From Acholeplasmataceae bacterium (GTDB taxonomy: Bacteria; Bacillota_I; Bacilli_A; Acholeplasmatales; Acholeplasmataceae): a stretch of DNA of 64,000 nt. The DNA lies in contig OY763415.1 in assembly GCA_963667565.1 (NCBI GenBank), positions 448,001 to 512,000 of the forward strand. The letters run 5' to 3'. Numbering within the stretch: position 1 is the stretch's first letter; every line of letters begins with the position of its first letter. The translations under genes were made by a program, and so were the position numbers. Shown here in pieces: positions 34,535 to 43,069 of the stretch. Under the pieces are notes generated by a model that saw only the letters and a program-made list of their open reading frames with translations, did not search any database and was not told where the DNA came from.

Positions 34535-34666
34535 ATCATCATTCCATTTCTTATATGTATTGTAACATATAATTTGGGAATTGAACACATGACAATAGCT
34601 AATCAAGATGTTATAATAGAAGTATAAAATACTATGAATAATTAAATCAGTGAAGGAGCTATTTTA

Positions 34667-35065
34667 ATGAATATTTTATTTTGGTTAACACCTAAAGAAA
34701 AAGTAGCCTTTATTCATCATGATTCAACGCTTAGACAAGCACTTGAAAAGATGGAATTGTATCGATATTCCACAATCCCTATTCTTGATAAAGAAGGGCA
34801 TTATTACGGTACAATTAGCGAAGGGGATTTATTGTGGTATATAAAAGAACATCATGTTGATTTTAAAAAAAGTGAAAAAATTAAAATCGAATCTATACCT
34901 AGAAACAAAGATAATAGAAAAATAACGATTCAGACACAGATGGAAGATATATTACATGTTGCTGCACAACAAAATTTCATTCCAGTTGTTGATGATTATG
35001 ATTTTTTTATAGGTATCATTACAAGAAAGTCAATTTTTGAATATATGATGAAAAAGAAGAAGTGA
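34667..35065 (+). CDS. CBS domain pair protein
   Basis: Two CBS repeats (IPILD..G..GTISEGD and IPVVD...GIITR). Confidence 0.85.
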   Translation: MNILFWLTPKEKVAFIHHDSTLRQALEKMELYRYSTIPILDKEGHYYGTISEGDLLWYIKEHHVDFKKSEKIKIESIPRNKDNRKITIQTQMEDILHVAAQQNFIPVVDDYDFFIGIITRKSIFEYMMKKKK

Positions 35066-35160
35066 AATGACTTTTTCTTTTAATTTATAACAACTTTATT
35101 GTAAAATAAACATATAGAACAGTCATGCATGATCTAACAACCATAAAAGGAGTTGATTCA

Positions 35161-35772
35161 ATGATTCATATCTTTAAAAGAGGAACAAGTGAAATCACAT
35201 TATGTTTATTACATAGTGAAGGTCATGATGAAAACGAACTCATGCATGTTGCTAAAGTGATTGATCCTCATGCAAATATTTTAGCCATCAGAGGTAATGT
35301 GATTGAAAATGGAGTCTATCGTTTTTGTAAAAGAAAAACGATGGGTGTTTATGATGAAAAGAGTTTGATTGAAGAAACACATCGGTTAAAATCATTTATC
35401 AATGAGTCAGCAAGATCGTTTGGATTTGATATCAATAAAGTTGTTGTCATCGGAAATGGATGTGGTGCTAATATTGCTATAAATATGCTCTTGCACTACG
35501 ACAAAGCTTTTCATAAAGCGATTTTATTTCATCCTATGATTCCTAAACGTATCACAAACTTACCTAATTTAAATCAATGTAAAATATTTATTGGTGCGGG
35601 TGAAAATGATTATTTAACACCACAACATGAAGTCGTTGAGCTTACACAAATACTTCAAAGTGCAAATGCCATTGTTGATGTTTACTTTACTAAATATGGA
35701 CATCAGTTATCTAAAGATGAAATAGAGGCTGCTAGAATTTGGTGCAAGGAAAAAGTGATTTATGATGTTTGA
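35161..35772 (+). CDS. MhqD-like alpha/beta hydrolase homolog lacking the catalytic Ser
   Basis: RGNVIENG..RF, GANIA, FHPM.P, GEND and GHQL, but GNGCG replaces GxSxG. Confidence 0.75.
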   Translation: MIHIFKRGTSEITLCLLHSEGHDENELMHVAKVIDPHANILAIRGNVIENGVYRFCKRKTMGVYDEKSLIEETHRLKSFINESARSFGFDINKVVVIGNGCGANIAINMLLHYDKAFHKAILFHPMIPKRITNLPNLNQCKIFIGAGENDYLTPQHEVVELTQILQSANAIVDVYFTKYGHQLSKDEIEAARIWCKEKVIYDV

Positions 35773-36076
35773 TATCACAGAAAAAGACATTCATCAAGCA
35801 AAAGAAACGCTTCTCATATCCAAAGACCCTTTAGTATTTAAAGTGTTTCCGAAAAAAGAGAAGCGTAAATATATACTTATTTGTATGCTTGTTCATTTGT
35901 TTAATGAACAACATTCATATAGTGAATTTGAAATCAATGATCTATTAAAACCAGTGTATGAAGATTTTGCAACATTAAGAAGATATTTAATTGATTATCA
36001 TCTATTAAGACGTACACCTGATGGAAGGGTTTATCAATTAAATGTTCATAAAAAGGATTATGAATCCTATTTATAG
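35762..36076 (+). CDS. DUF2087 domain protein
   Basis: FPKKEK...YSEFEIN..L..VYEDFATLRRYLIDY.LL.R..DG..Y. Confidence 0.8.
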   Translation: MMFDITEKDIHQAKETLLISKDPLVFKVFPKKEKRKYILICMLVHLFNEQHSYSEFEINDLLKPVYEDFATLRRYLIDYHLLRRTPDGRVYQLNVHKKDYESYL

Positions 36077-36676
36077 ACAAGCTTCGATGATTGTTTCTAA
36101 GGCTTTAACTGATTGTTTTAGTGGTAAATGAGGTGTGGTTTCATCTTTAATTTGAGACTCGACATAAGGAAAATGGATAAAGCCAGCAACAATGTTGCTT
36201 GCTTTTTTTTCTTGAAGATAATGAAGCACTAAATACATCACATGATTACACACAAAAGTACCAGCAGAATTAGAAATAATAGAAGGTATGTTTATAGAAT
36301 CTAATGCGGCTTTGATCTTCTTGATAGGTAATGTTGAAAAATAAGCATTTTCACCTTTATCTTTAATGGGTAAATCAATGGGTTGATTTCCTAAATTATC
36401 TTTGATTCTAGCGTCATCAATATTGATAGCCACACGTTCGATCCTAATCTCTTTTGTTAATCCTGCTTCACCTAATAAAATGATAATATCTGGAGATAAA
36501 ATATCGATTTTTGCAGAGATAATATCTTCAACTGTTTGAAAAATAGTCGGAAGAATAAGTGTATGTATTTGATATGTTTTTGACAATATTTCTAAGTGTT
36601 TTAACACTTCAAGAGATGCGTTTTTTTGTTGACCACCAAACGGATCAAACGCAGTAATGAGTATTTTTTTCATCAT
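36071..36676 (-). CDS. pcp: Pyroglutamyl-peptidase I
   Basis: TAFDPFGG, IERVAIN, SAGTFVCN and GFIH. Confidence 0.93.
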   Translation of the reverse strand: MMKKILITAFDPFGGQQKNASLEVLKHLEILSKTYQIHTLILPTIFQTVEDIISAKIDILSPDIIILLGEAGLTKEIRIERVAINIDDARIKDNLGNQPIDLPIKDKGENAYFSTLPIKKIKAALDSINIPSIISNSAGTFVCNHVMYLVLHYLQEKKASNIVAGFIHFPYVESQIKDETTPHLPLKQSVKALETIIEACL

Positions 36677-36811
36677 AAAACTCCTTTTAAATATCATATC
36701 ATATTTATTTGATAATAAAGAGAAATAATGTGATTTTAAAATGATAACGTTAACAAATATATATATTTGTTGACAAGGTTTCTAAAATAGCGTATATTTA
36801 TCTCGGAGGTA

Positions 36812-39319
36812 ATGAACATGAACAAAAAAATAGTCATTATAGGTGGGGTTGCTGGTGGTGCTACAACAGCTGCTCGTTTACGCCGACTCGATGAATTTGC
36901 AGATATCATTTTATTTGAACGCGGGGAATATATTTCATTTGCAAATTGTGGTTTACCATATCATGTTGGTGGAGTGATTCCATCAAGAGATGCATTAGTC
37001 GTCCAAACACCTGAAGATATGCACCAAAAATTTAATATTGATGTCCGTATTTTTTCTGAAGTTATCGACATGGATGTTAAAGCAAAAACAGTCACAGTAA
37101 AAAATGTAAAAACTGGTGAAGAATATGTTGAATCATATGATAAAGCAGTTATTTCAACAGGTGCGCAACCTATTATGCCACCTATCCCAGGAATTAAAGA
37201 AGCTAAAAATTTATTTAAATTAAGAAACATTCCAGATATGGATGAAATCATTTCATTTATTGAAACTGAAAAACCTAAGAAAGCTGTCGTTATCGGTGGT
37301 GGTTTTATTGGTGTTGAAATGATGGAAAACTTAGCACATCGTGGATTACAAGTGACATTAGTAGAAATGGCACCACAAGTGATGAATATGTTTGACTATG
37401 AAATGGCTCAAATTATTCATGAACATATGGTTGATAACAATGTTGGTCTTATTTTAAATGATGGCGTTAAATCATTTGAACTTGAAGGTAAGGAAATTAT
37501 ATTACAATCAGGAACTAAATTGTTAACAGATTTAATTATTTTTGCAATTGGTGTTAGACCAGATAATGAGATTGCTAAAAAAGCAAATCTTGAATTAACA
37601 CAACGTGGTTCAGTGAAAGTTAATGAATACTTACAAACTTCAAATAAAGATGTTTATGCGATTGGTGATGTCATTGATGTTAAAAATTTAGCGACAAATG
37701 AAGTGATGAATGCTGCACTTGCGGGTCCTGCAAATAAACAAGGACGCTTTGTAGCAAATCATATTTGTGGTATTGAAGATAAATATCAAGGTACACTTGC
37801 AACTTCTGCAGCTAAGATTTTTGATTTAACAGTTGGTTCAGTTGGAGCAAATGAAAAATCACTTAAAGCATTAAAATTACCATTTAAGAGTATTCATATT
37901 CATCCAATGAGTCACGCAAGTTATTACCCAGGTGCTCAAACAATTAATATGAAGGTTTTATACAATCCTGAAACATTAGAAATTTATGGTGCTCAAGCGA
38001 TTGGTGGTGAAGGTGTTGATAAACGTATCGACGTTATGGCTACAGCAATTTATGCTAAAATGTCAGTCATCGATCTTAAACACTTAGATTTAGCATACGC
38101 ACCTCCATTCTCATCAGCTAAAGACCCAGTTAATATGATTGGTTTCGTTGCTGAAAATATTAAAAATGGTTTAGTATCAACTGTTTCATGGCAAGATATG
38201 CAAGAACTAGCAGCTAAAGGTAGTTTTATTTTAGATGCTAGAGAAAGAGCTGAATATATTCTTGATTATTTACCAGGATCAGTCAATATTCCTTTATCAG
38301 AAATTAGAAATCGTTTAGATGAAATTCCTAAAGATAGAGAAATCTATGTATACTGTGCTGTTGGTGTTAGAGGATATGCTGCAACTCGTGTCTTATTACA
38401 AAATGGATTTAATGCTAAAAACTTAGATGGTGGATTTAAATCATATAGTTGTGTATTTGATCATGATGGTCATGAAGTGTGTTTCACACTTGTTGATGAC
38501 TTTGGAGTTCCAGTTGTTGATATTCCTAAACTTGAAGAAGCAGTACCAGTTGTCAGTGATGCAAGCATCTCATTAACTGTTGATGCATGTGGATTACAAT
38601 GTCCAGGTCCAATCGTTCAAGTTTATAAAAATATGGAAACACTTAAAGATGGTGATGTGTTAGAAGTTAAAGCAACTGATCCAGGATTTAAGAAAGATAT
38701 TAAAACTTGGGCTGATCGTACAGGTAATAGTTTATTAAATCTTAACCAAGAAGGTAAAGTTATTACTGCTCAAATCCAAAAAGGTGTTAATAAGAATATG
38801 CCTAAAGCTGCTGAAAAGCAACAACAAGGATTTGAAGTTCAAGAGTCTAAGAATGGTACAACTATTGTCGTATTCTCACAAGATTTAGATAAAGCAATCG
38901 CTGCATTCATCATTGCAAGTGGTGCTAAATCAATGGGCAAAGACGTTTCATTATTCTTTACATTCTGGGGTTTAAACATTTTAAGAAAACCTAAGAAAGT
39001 AAGAGTTAAGAAAACACTTATTGAAAAAATGTTTGGTAAGATGATGCCTAGAGGTGTTAAGAAATTACCTATTTCTAATATGAACATGTTAGGTATGGGT
39101 CCTAAGATGATTAAAATGATCATGAAGAAGAAAAATGTTGATTCACTCCAAGTCCTTATGCAAAATGCTATGGAAATGGGTGTTAAGATTACAGCTTGTG
39201 CAATGTCTATGGATATCATGGGTATTAAACAAGAAGAACTTATTGATGGTATTGAAGTTGCAGGTGTTGCTACTTACTTAGGTGACACACAAGATGCAAA
39301 TCATAATTTATTCATCTAA
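36812..39319 (+). CDS. CoA-disulfide reductase-rhodanese-TusA-DsrE multidomain protein
   Basis: GGVAGG, SFANC, GGGFIG and YAPPF; rhodanese YCAVGVR; TusA CGLQCPGP; DsrE2 FFTFWG and ACAMSMD. Confidence 0.9.
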   Translation: MNMNKKIVIIGGVAGGATTAARLRRLDEFADIILFERGEYISFANCGLPYHVGGVIPSRDALVVQTPEDMHQKFNIDVRIFSEVIDMDVKAKTVTVKNVKTGEEYVESYDKAVISTGAQPIMPPIPGIKEAKNLFKLRNIPDMDEIISFIETEKPKKAVVIGGGFIGVEMMENLAHRGLQVTLVEMAPQVMNMFDYEMAQIIHEHMVDNNVGLILNDGVKSFELEGKEIILQSGTKLLTDLIIFAIGVRPDNEIAKKANLELTQRGSVKVNEYLQTSNKDVYAIGDVIDVKNLATNEVMNAALAGPANKQGRFVANHICGIEDKYQGTLATSAAKIFDLTVGSVGANEKSLKALKLPFKSIHIHPMSHASYYPGAQTINMKVLYNPETLEIYGAQAIGGEGVDKRIDVMATAIYAKMSVIDLKHLDLAYAPPFSSAKDPVNMIGFVAENIKNGLVSTVSWQDMQELAAKGSFILDARERAEYILDYLPGSVNIPLSEIRNRLDEIPKDREIYVYCAVGVRGYAATRVLLQNGFNAKNLDGGFKSYSCVFDHDGHEVCFTLVDDFGVPVVDIPKLEEAVPVVSDASISLTVDACGLQCPGPIVQVYKNMETLKDGDVLEVKATDPGFKKDIKTWADRTGNSLLNLNQEGKVITAQIQKGVNKNMPKAAEKQQQGFEVQESKNGTTIVVFSQDLDKAIAAFIIASGAKSMGKDVSLFFTFWGLNILRKPKKVRVKKTLIEKMFGKMMPRGVKKLPISNMNMLGMGPKMIKMIMKKKNVDSLQVLMQNAMEMGVKITACAMSMDIMGIKQEELIDGIEVAGVATYLGDTQDANHNLFI

Positions 39320-39433
39320 AATAAACTTTTAAAAAGATGTCAAATGGCATCTTTTTTTGTTTTTTCAGCATAACCTTTTAAAAAAACTTGATTTATGTTA
39401 TAAATAGATTAGGTCAAAAAGGTAAGTGAATAT

Positions 39434-39964
39434 ATGAAAATTGAAAAATTAGACTATAGTGATTATCAAGGATATAAAATTAATGTAGATTATATCACTA
39501 GAGCATATCAAGACATTCAAATAAAAAAGCATCGAAAAGCTATATCGATTTCAATGAAAAGAAAACGTATGAAAAAGACAACAAAATCATATGATATTTC
39601 CTTATTTGCAGATTATATCAATCAACCTGTAGTCTTTGGTATGTTTGAAAGAAAAACACTCGTAGCAGTCATTGAAGGCGAATATATAGAATGGAATAAA
39701 ACGTTTCGTATTTGGGAAATATATATTCATCCAAAATATCGACGAAAAGGGTTAGGAAGTCAGCTTTTTAAGCATATTGAAAGACATGCAATGGATATCA
39801 AAGCTAGAGCGATAACACTAGAAGTTCAATCATGTAATGATCCCGCTATTTCTTTTTATGAATCTATGGGGATGCATTTCATTGGTTTAAACACTTTAGC
39901 ATATACTAATTATGATGTTCAAAATAAAGAAGTGTTATTAGAATATGGTAAAAGATTAGGATAA
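39434..39964 (+). CDS. GNAT acetyltransferase (streptothricin-acetyltransferase-like)
   Basis: YRRKGLG, LEVQSCN.PAISFY..MG and a LY-like C-terminal segment. Confidence 0.8.
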   Translation: MKIEKLDYSDYQGYKINVDYITRAYQDIQIKKHRKAISISMKRKRMKKTTKSYDISLFADYINQPVVFGMFERKTLVAVIEGEYIEWNKTFRIWEIYIHPKYRRKGLGSQLFKHIERHAMDIKARAITLEVQSCNDPAISFYESMGMHFIGLNTLAYTNYDVQNKEVLLEYGKRLG

Positions 39965-39970
39965 AAAAAT

Positions 39971-39996
39971 AAAAGCGATTAATTTTCGCTTTTTTT
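39971..39996. terminator. Bidirectional terminator between the GNAT gene and the regulator
   Basis: AAAAGCGA-loop-TCGCTTTTTTT with an upstream A-tract. Confidence 0.65.
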
Positions 39997-40914
39997 GTTA
40001 ACTTCTTTATAATATCTATCTATCACATGTTTTCTAAACTCTATTTCATAGTCTTCGTCAATAAGTGACTCAAATTTCTTGATTTTACTTGGATTTCCAT
40101 CAAGTTCTAATACATTAAAACATTTTTGTAAAGCAATTTCGAAATCTTCCATACGCTCCAATTTATAATATGCTAAAGATTGATAATAATACAAGTATTC
40201 ACTGATGTAGTAAGATTGAATTGCTAAATTTCGTTTTAAACCTATTTCACAAAAGTCCAGGACTAAATCATAATCCTCCCTAATACCAAATATTTTAGCA
40301 AATTTAGCAATAATAAGAATCAATATTCTTAGATTTCCTCCACCAATAATTTTTTCACCATTATTGAAGAAATAAAAAATTTTATCAACAATTTTCTTTT
40401 GATCAACTTTTCCAGACACATCCATCAAAAACGAAAGAATGAGTAATTCTATGTCAGTAATGATGTCATGCTTTAAAATTTGAGGATAGTTGAGCAATTC
40501 ACTTATTTTAGCACTTGCTAACTTATTATCAAGTTGATTTTGATAATAATCTTTAATAATAATACTAAAATCAAAAAACAGTTTATTAATTTTATCGACA
40601 AAAGTAATATTTTTATTTTCTTTCAACAAAGCATTAAATTTATCATAGTTATAGTTTACTGCATAATTATATAGTTTGTTTACAAAAGCAAACTCTTCAA
40701 ATCTTACGACTTCCATTTCTCTTAAGACTGACTCAGTTTTTAAACCTAGTTTATCAACCATTTGAACAAAAATGTGGAAAGGCATATCAGATTCACCATT
40801 GAGATAACGTCTATATTGACGAATTGAAACAATCCCAGAGACTAAATTTTCTTGGGACACTTTTCTTGCAGATCTAAATCGTTCAATATAAGTGCATAAT
40901 TCTCTTGATTCCAT
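39979..40914 (-). CDS. Rgg/RRNPP-like transcriptional regulator (XRE HTH plus helical TPR-like C-terminal domain)
   Basis: N-terminal R.ARKVSQENLVSGIVSIRQYRRYLNGES resembles Rgg/MutR HTHs. About 250 aa of helical, Tyr-rich C-terminus follows, ending YYYQSLAYYKL. Length is 311 aa. Confidence 0.75.
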   Translation of the reverse strand: MESRELCTYIERFRSARKVSQENLVSGIVSIRQYRRYLNGESDMPFHIFVQMVDKLGLKTESVLREMEVVRFEEFAFVNKLYNYAVNYNYDKFNALLKENKNITFVDKINKLFFDFSIIIKDYYQNQLDNKLASAKISELLNYPQILKHDIITDIELLILSFLMDVSGKVDQKKIVDKIFYFFNNGEKIIGGGNLRILILIIAKFAKIFGIREDYDLVLDFCEIGLKRNLAIQSYYISEYLYYYQSLAYYKLERMEDFEIALQKCFNVLELDGNPSKIKKFESLIDEDYEIEFRKHVIDRYYKEVNKKSEN

Positions 40915-41048
40915 AAAAATTCTTCTTTCTTTCCACAAAAAGTCTTATTTTCTTCATTTTAGGTCATATCCGCCCTGTTTTTAATATGTTTTTCAAGTTA
41001 GAATTGAATTGTAAAGAAAAAATATTAATTAATTAGGAGAATTGAAAA

Positions 41049-41468
41049 ATGAGAAAAATGGTTAAATTAGTAGTTTTAGTATTAGCAGTCGTTGCTGCAG
41101 TAAGTTTATTTGTAAATGTTAACAATGGTAATATTTCATTAGATTTTAAGAATAGTGGTTCACCAGAATGGATTACAGATGACACTACATTAGATTTTAA
41201 GAATAGTGGTTCACCAGAATGGATTACAGATGACACTACATTAGATTTTAAGAATAGTGGTTCACCAGAATGGATTACAGATGACACTACATTAGATTTT
41301 AAGAATAGTGGTTCACCAGAATGGATTACAGATGACTCAGTAGTATTATATACAGGGATCACTGTAGCACTTCCAACATCTATTATTAAACAAATCGTAA
41401 GTAACGATAACGGTTTTAAAAACTCAGGTTTACCAGAAACTATAGAATTATCAATCATGGCACTATAA
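41049..41468 (+). CDS. Secreted multi-repeat peptide precursor (putative pheromone or peptide effector)
   Basis: AGGAG RBS; signal-like MRKMVKLVVLVLAVVAAVSLF; four LDFKNSGSPEWITDD cores and a variant FKNSGLPE. Confidence 0.8.
   Translation: MRKMVKLVVLVLAVVAAVSLFVNVNNGNISLDFKNSGSPEWITDDTTLDFKNSGSPEWITDDTTLDFKNSGSPEWITDDTTLDFKNSGSPEWITDDSVVLYTGITVALPTSIIKQIVSNDNGFKNSGLPETIELSIMAL
41137..41336 (+). repeat. Perfect 51-bp in-frame tandem repeat, about 3.9 copies
   Basis: The unit CATTAGATTTTAAGAATAGTGGTTCACCAGAATGGATTACAGATGACACTA starts at 41137, 41188, 41239 and 41290. Confidence 0.97.
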
Positions 41469-41536
41469 GTAGCAACATAATTATTATATCACATAAAAAT
41501 TTAAGTTGAAGTGTATTTAAATAAGGAGAATCATTC

Positions 41537-41998
41537 ATGGCATTTGAATATATAATTTGGGGGCTAATTGGTATGACAACTTTGGGATTGGTCCTTTCCT
41601 TAACACAATTAAAGCTTTATTTGATAAAGAAAAAAGTTTTCGAAATGAATCCATTTGAAGCAAAAGAAATCGTCATTAGATTTATTGCAAGTATGACAGT
41701 TTTATTGACCATTGTATGGTGGTTTGTATTACTTATTTTCCAAGTGTATACAAATGAAGTATCAAGTGTTGGTTATAACATAGCCGTGATGCTAATCATC
41801 ATTCCTGTATTAACTTTTGCAATGTACTTTCTTTTCACTTTTGTTCAAAAAATCATCGAAAAAAGTTTTCAAATCAAAGTCATAGAAACTAAAGGTATTA
41901 CGTTTATACGTAGTATTACTTTAGTCGCGTCTTTAATTTATGCTTCAATGATCAATTATGGTGTTCAGCTGATTTTTATTATACTCAATCAATCATAG
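41537..41998 (+). CDS. Hypothetical 4-TM membrane protein
   Basis: AAGGAG RBS; four hydrophobic segments. Confidence 0.75.
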   Translation: MAFEYIIWGLIGMTTLGLVLSLTQLKLYLIKKKVFEMNPFEAKEIVIRFIASMTVLLTIVWWFVLLIFQVYTNEVSSVGYNIAVMLIIIPVLTFAMYFLFTFVQKIIEKSFQIKVIETKGITFIRSITLVASLIYASMINYGVQLIFIILNQS

Positions 41999-42010
41999 GA
42001 GGATATTTGG

Positions 42011-42430
42011 ATGAGAAGTTTACTTAAAACACTTTTTTCAGGAACATTTATTACATTAATCATCACAAAGTGGGATTTGCTTGTCGGTTTTTTCAACGTC
42101 CAAAATGCATTTTCCGAAGATTCAGATTTATTGATTAAATTAGGTGGCATGATTGGATATACAATTTTCATTGTATTTGCATTCATTGTCCAAGGTTCAC
42201 AAATTAGAAACTTAATTCATGTAAATAAACAAAAAGGTATGATTTTAAATATTGCATTTATAGTATTAACAATTCTCTTTTTAGCTTATATTGCAATTGA
42301 TTTCACTTTGCAAGTCGCACTTATAAATTTAATGCTTTATTTATTAGTCGTATCCATATTTGATTTTATTGGTGAGAGAGTGATGCTTACAACGAAAGCT
42401 CATAAATCTCATCCCAAAACCATTATTTAA
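42011..42430 (+). CDS. Hypothetical 4-TM membrane protein
   Basis: AGGAGG RBS; four hydrophobic segments. Confidence 0.75.
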   Translation: MRSLLKTLFSGTFITLIITKWDLLVGFFNVQNAFSEDSDLLIKLGGMIGYTIFIVFAFIVQGSQIRNLIHVNKQKGMILNIAFIVLTILFLAYIAIDFTLQVALINLMLYLLVVSIFDFIGERVMLTTKAHKSHPKTII

Positions 42431-42457
42431 AAAAGAACATCCTTTTGGATGTTTTTT
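42431..42457 (+). terminator. Intrinsic terminator ending the precursor operon
   Basis: AACATCC-TTTT-GGATGTT followed by TTTT. Confidence 0.7.
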
Positions 42458-42519
42458 AATACACTTTATTTGAAACATTTCATATATAGATGTATGCTAA
42501 TAATAGAGGAGTTGATCAT

Positions 42520-43062
42520 ATGAATTTAGATGTATTAATCAAAGGAAGAGTTAGTCAAAAAACATATATAGAAAGAGAAGTTGATTTAAATCTTATAAAA
42601 GAACTTATCAATATTGCTATCTATGCGCCTAATCATAAAATGAGAGAGCCATGGGATTTCTTATTTATGGATCAAAAAGGTAAACAAGTCTTTAAAGAAG
42701 CTTACTTAAATACATTAAGTGAAATAAAAAAAGAGGATATAGAACCTAAGCTTGACAAAATTTATAAAGCACCACTATTGATGTTTGTCTTAATGAAGAC
42801 AAGTGATGATTTTGATCAAGAATTAGAAGATTTGCAAGCAAATGCTGCAATGATTCAAAACTTTATGCTTCTTGCTGAAGAAAAGGGGTTGAGTACACAC
42901 TGGAAAACTCCTGGATTTATAAAAACAGATAATTTTAAAGAAGTGCTAAATTTACCATTAGGTTATATTATTACTGGTATCATTATGATTGGATATGCAG
43001 ATCAAAAAAACAAACCTAAAGAAAGAAAGACAATAGAAATATTAAACTTTTATAAAGGATGA
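42520..43062 (+). CDS. Nitroreductase family protein
   Basis: R.S, APNHKMREPW, QNFMLLA..GL.T.W.T and IGY. Confidence 0.85.
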   Translation: MNLDVLIKGRVSQKTYIEREVDLNLIKELINIAIYAPNHKMREPWDFLFMDQKGKQVFKEAYLNTLSEIKKEDIEPKLDKIYKAPLLMFVLMKTSDDFDQELEDLQANAAMIQNFMLLAEEKGLSTHWKTPGFIKTDNFKEVLNLPLGYIITGIIMIGYADQKNKPKERKTIEILNFYKG

Positions 43063-43069
43063 AGATTAT

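Noticed and set aside
41137..41336. CRISPR array interpretation of the 51-bp repeats
   Set aside because: The units are identical end to end with no unique spacers, lie in frame in an ORF with an RBS and signal peptide, and there are no cas genes in the window.
41033..41458. 141-aa antisense ORF over the repeat gene
   Set aside because: It is a shadow ORF. It stays open largely because the repeat unit has no stop in that frame, and the + strand ORF has the RBS and signal peptide.
41049..41468. Graspetide or other RiPP multi-core precursor (T...E..DD-rich repeats)
   Set aside because: There is no ATP-grasp ligase, radical SAM, YcaO or peptidase-ABC gene nearby, and the N-terminus looks like a Sec signal rather than a RiPP leader. 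A modifying enzyme encoded elsewhere cannot be excluded.
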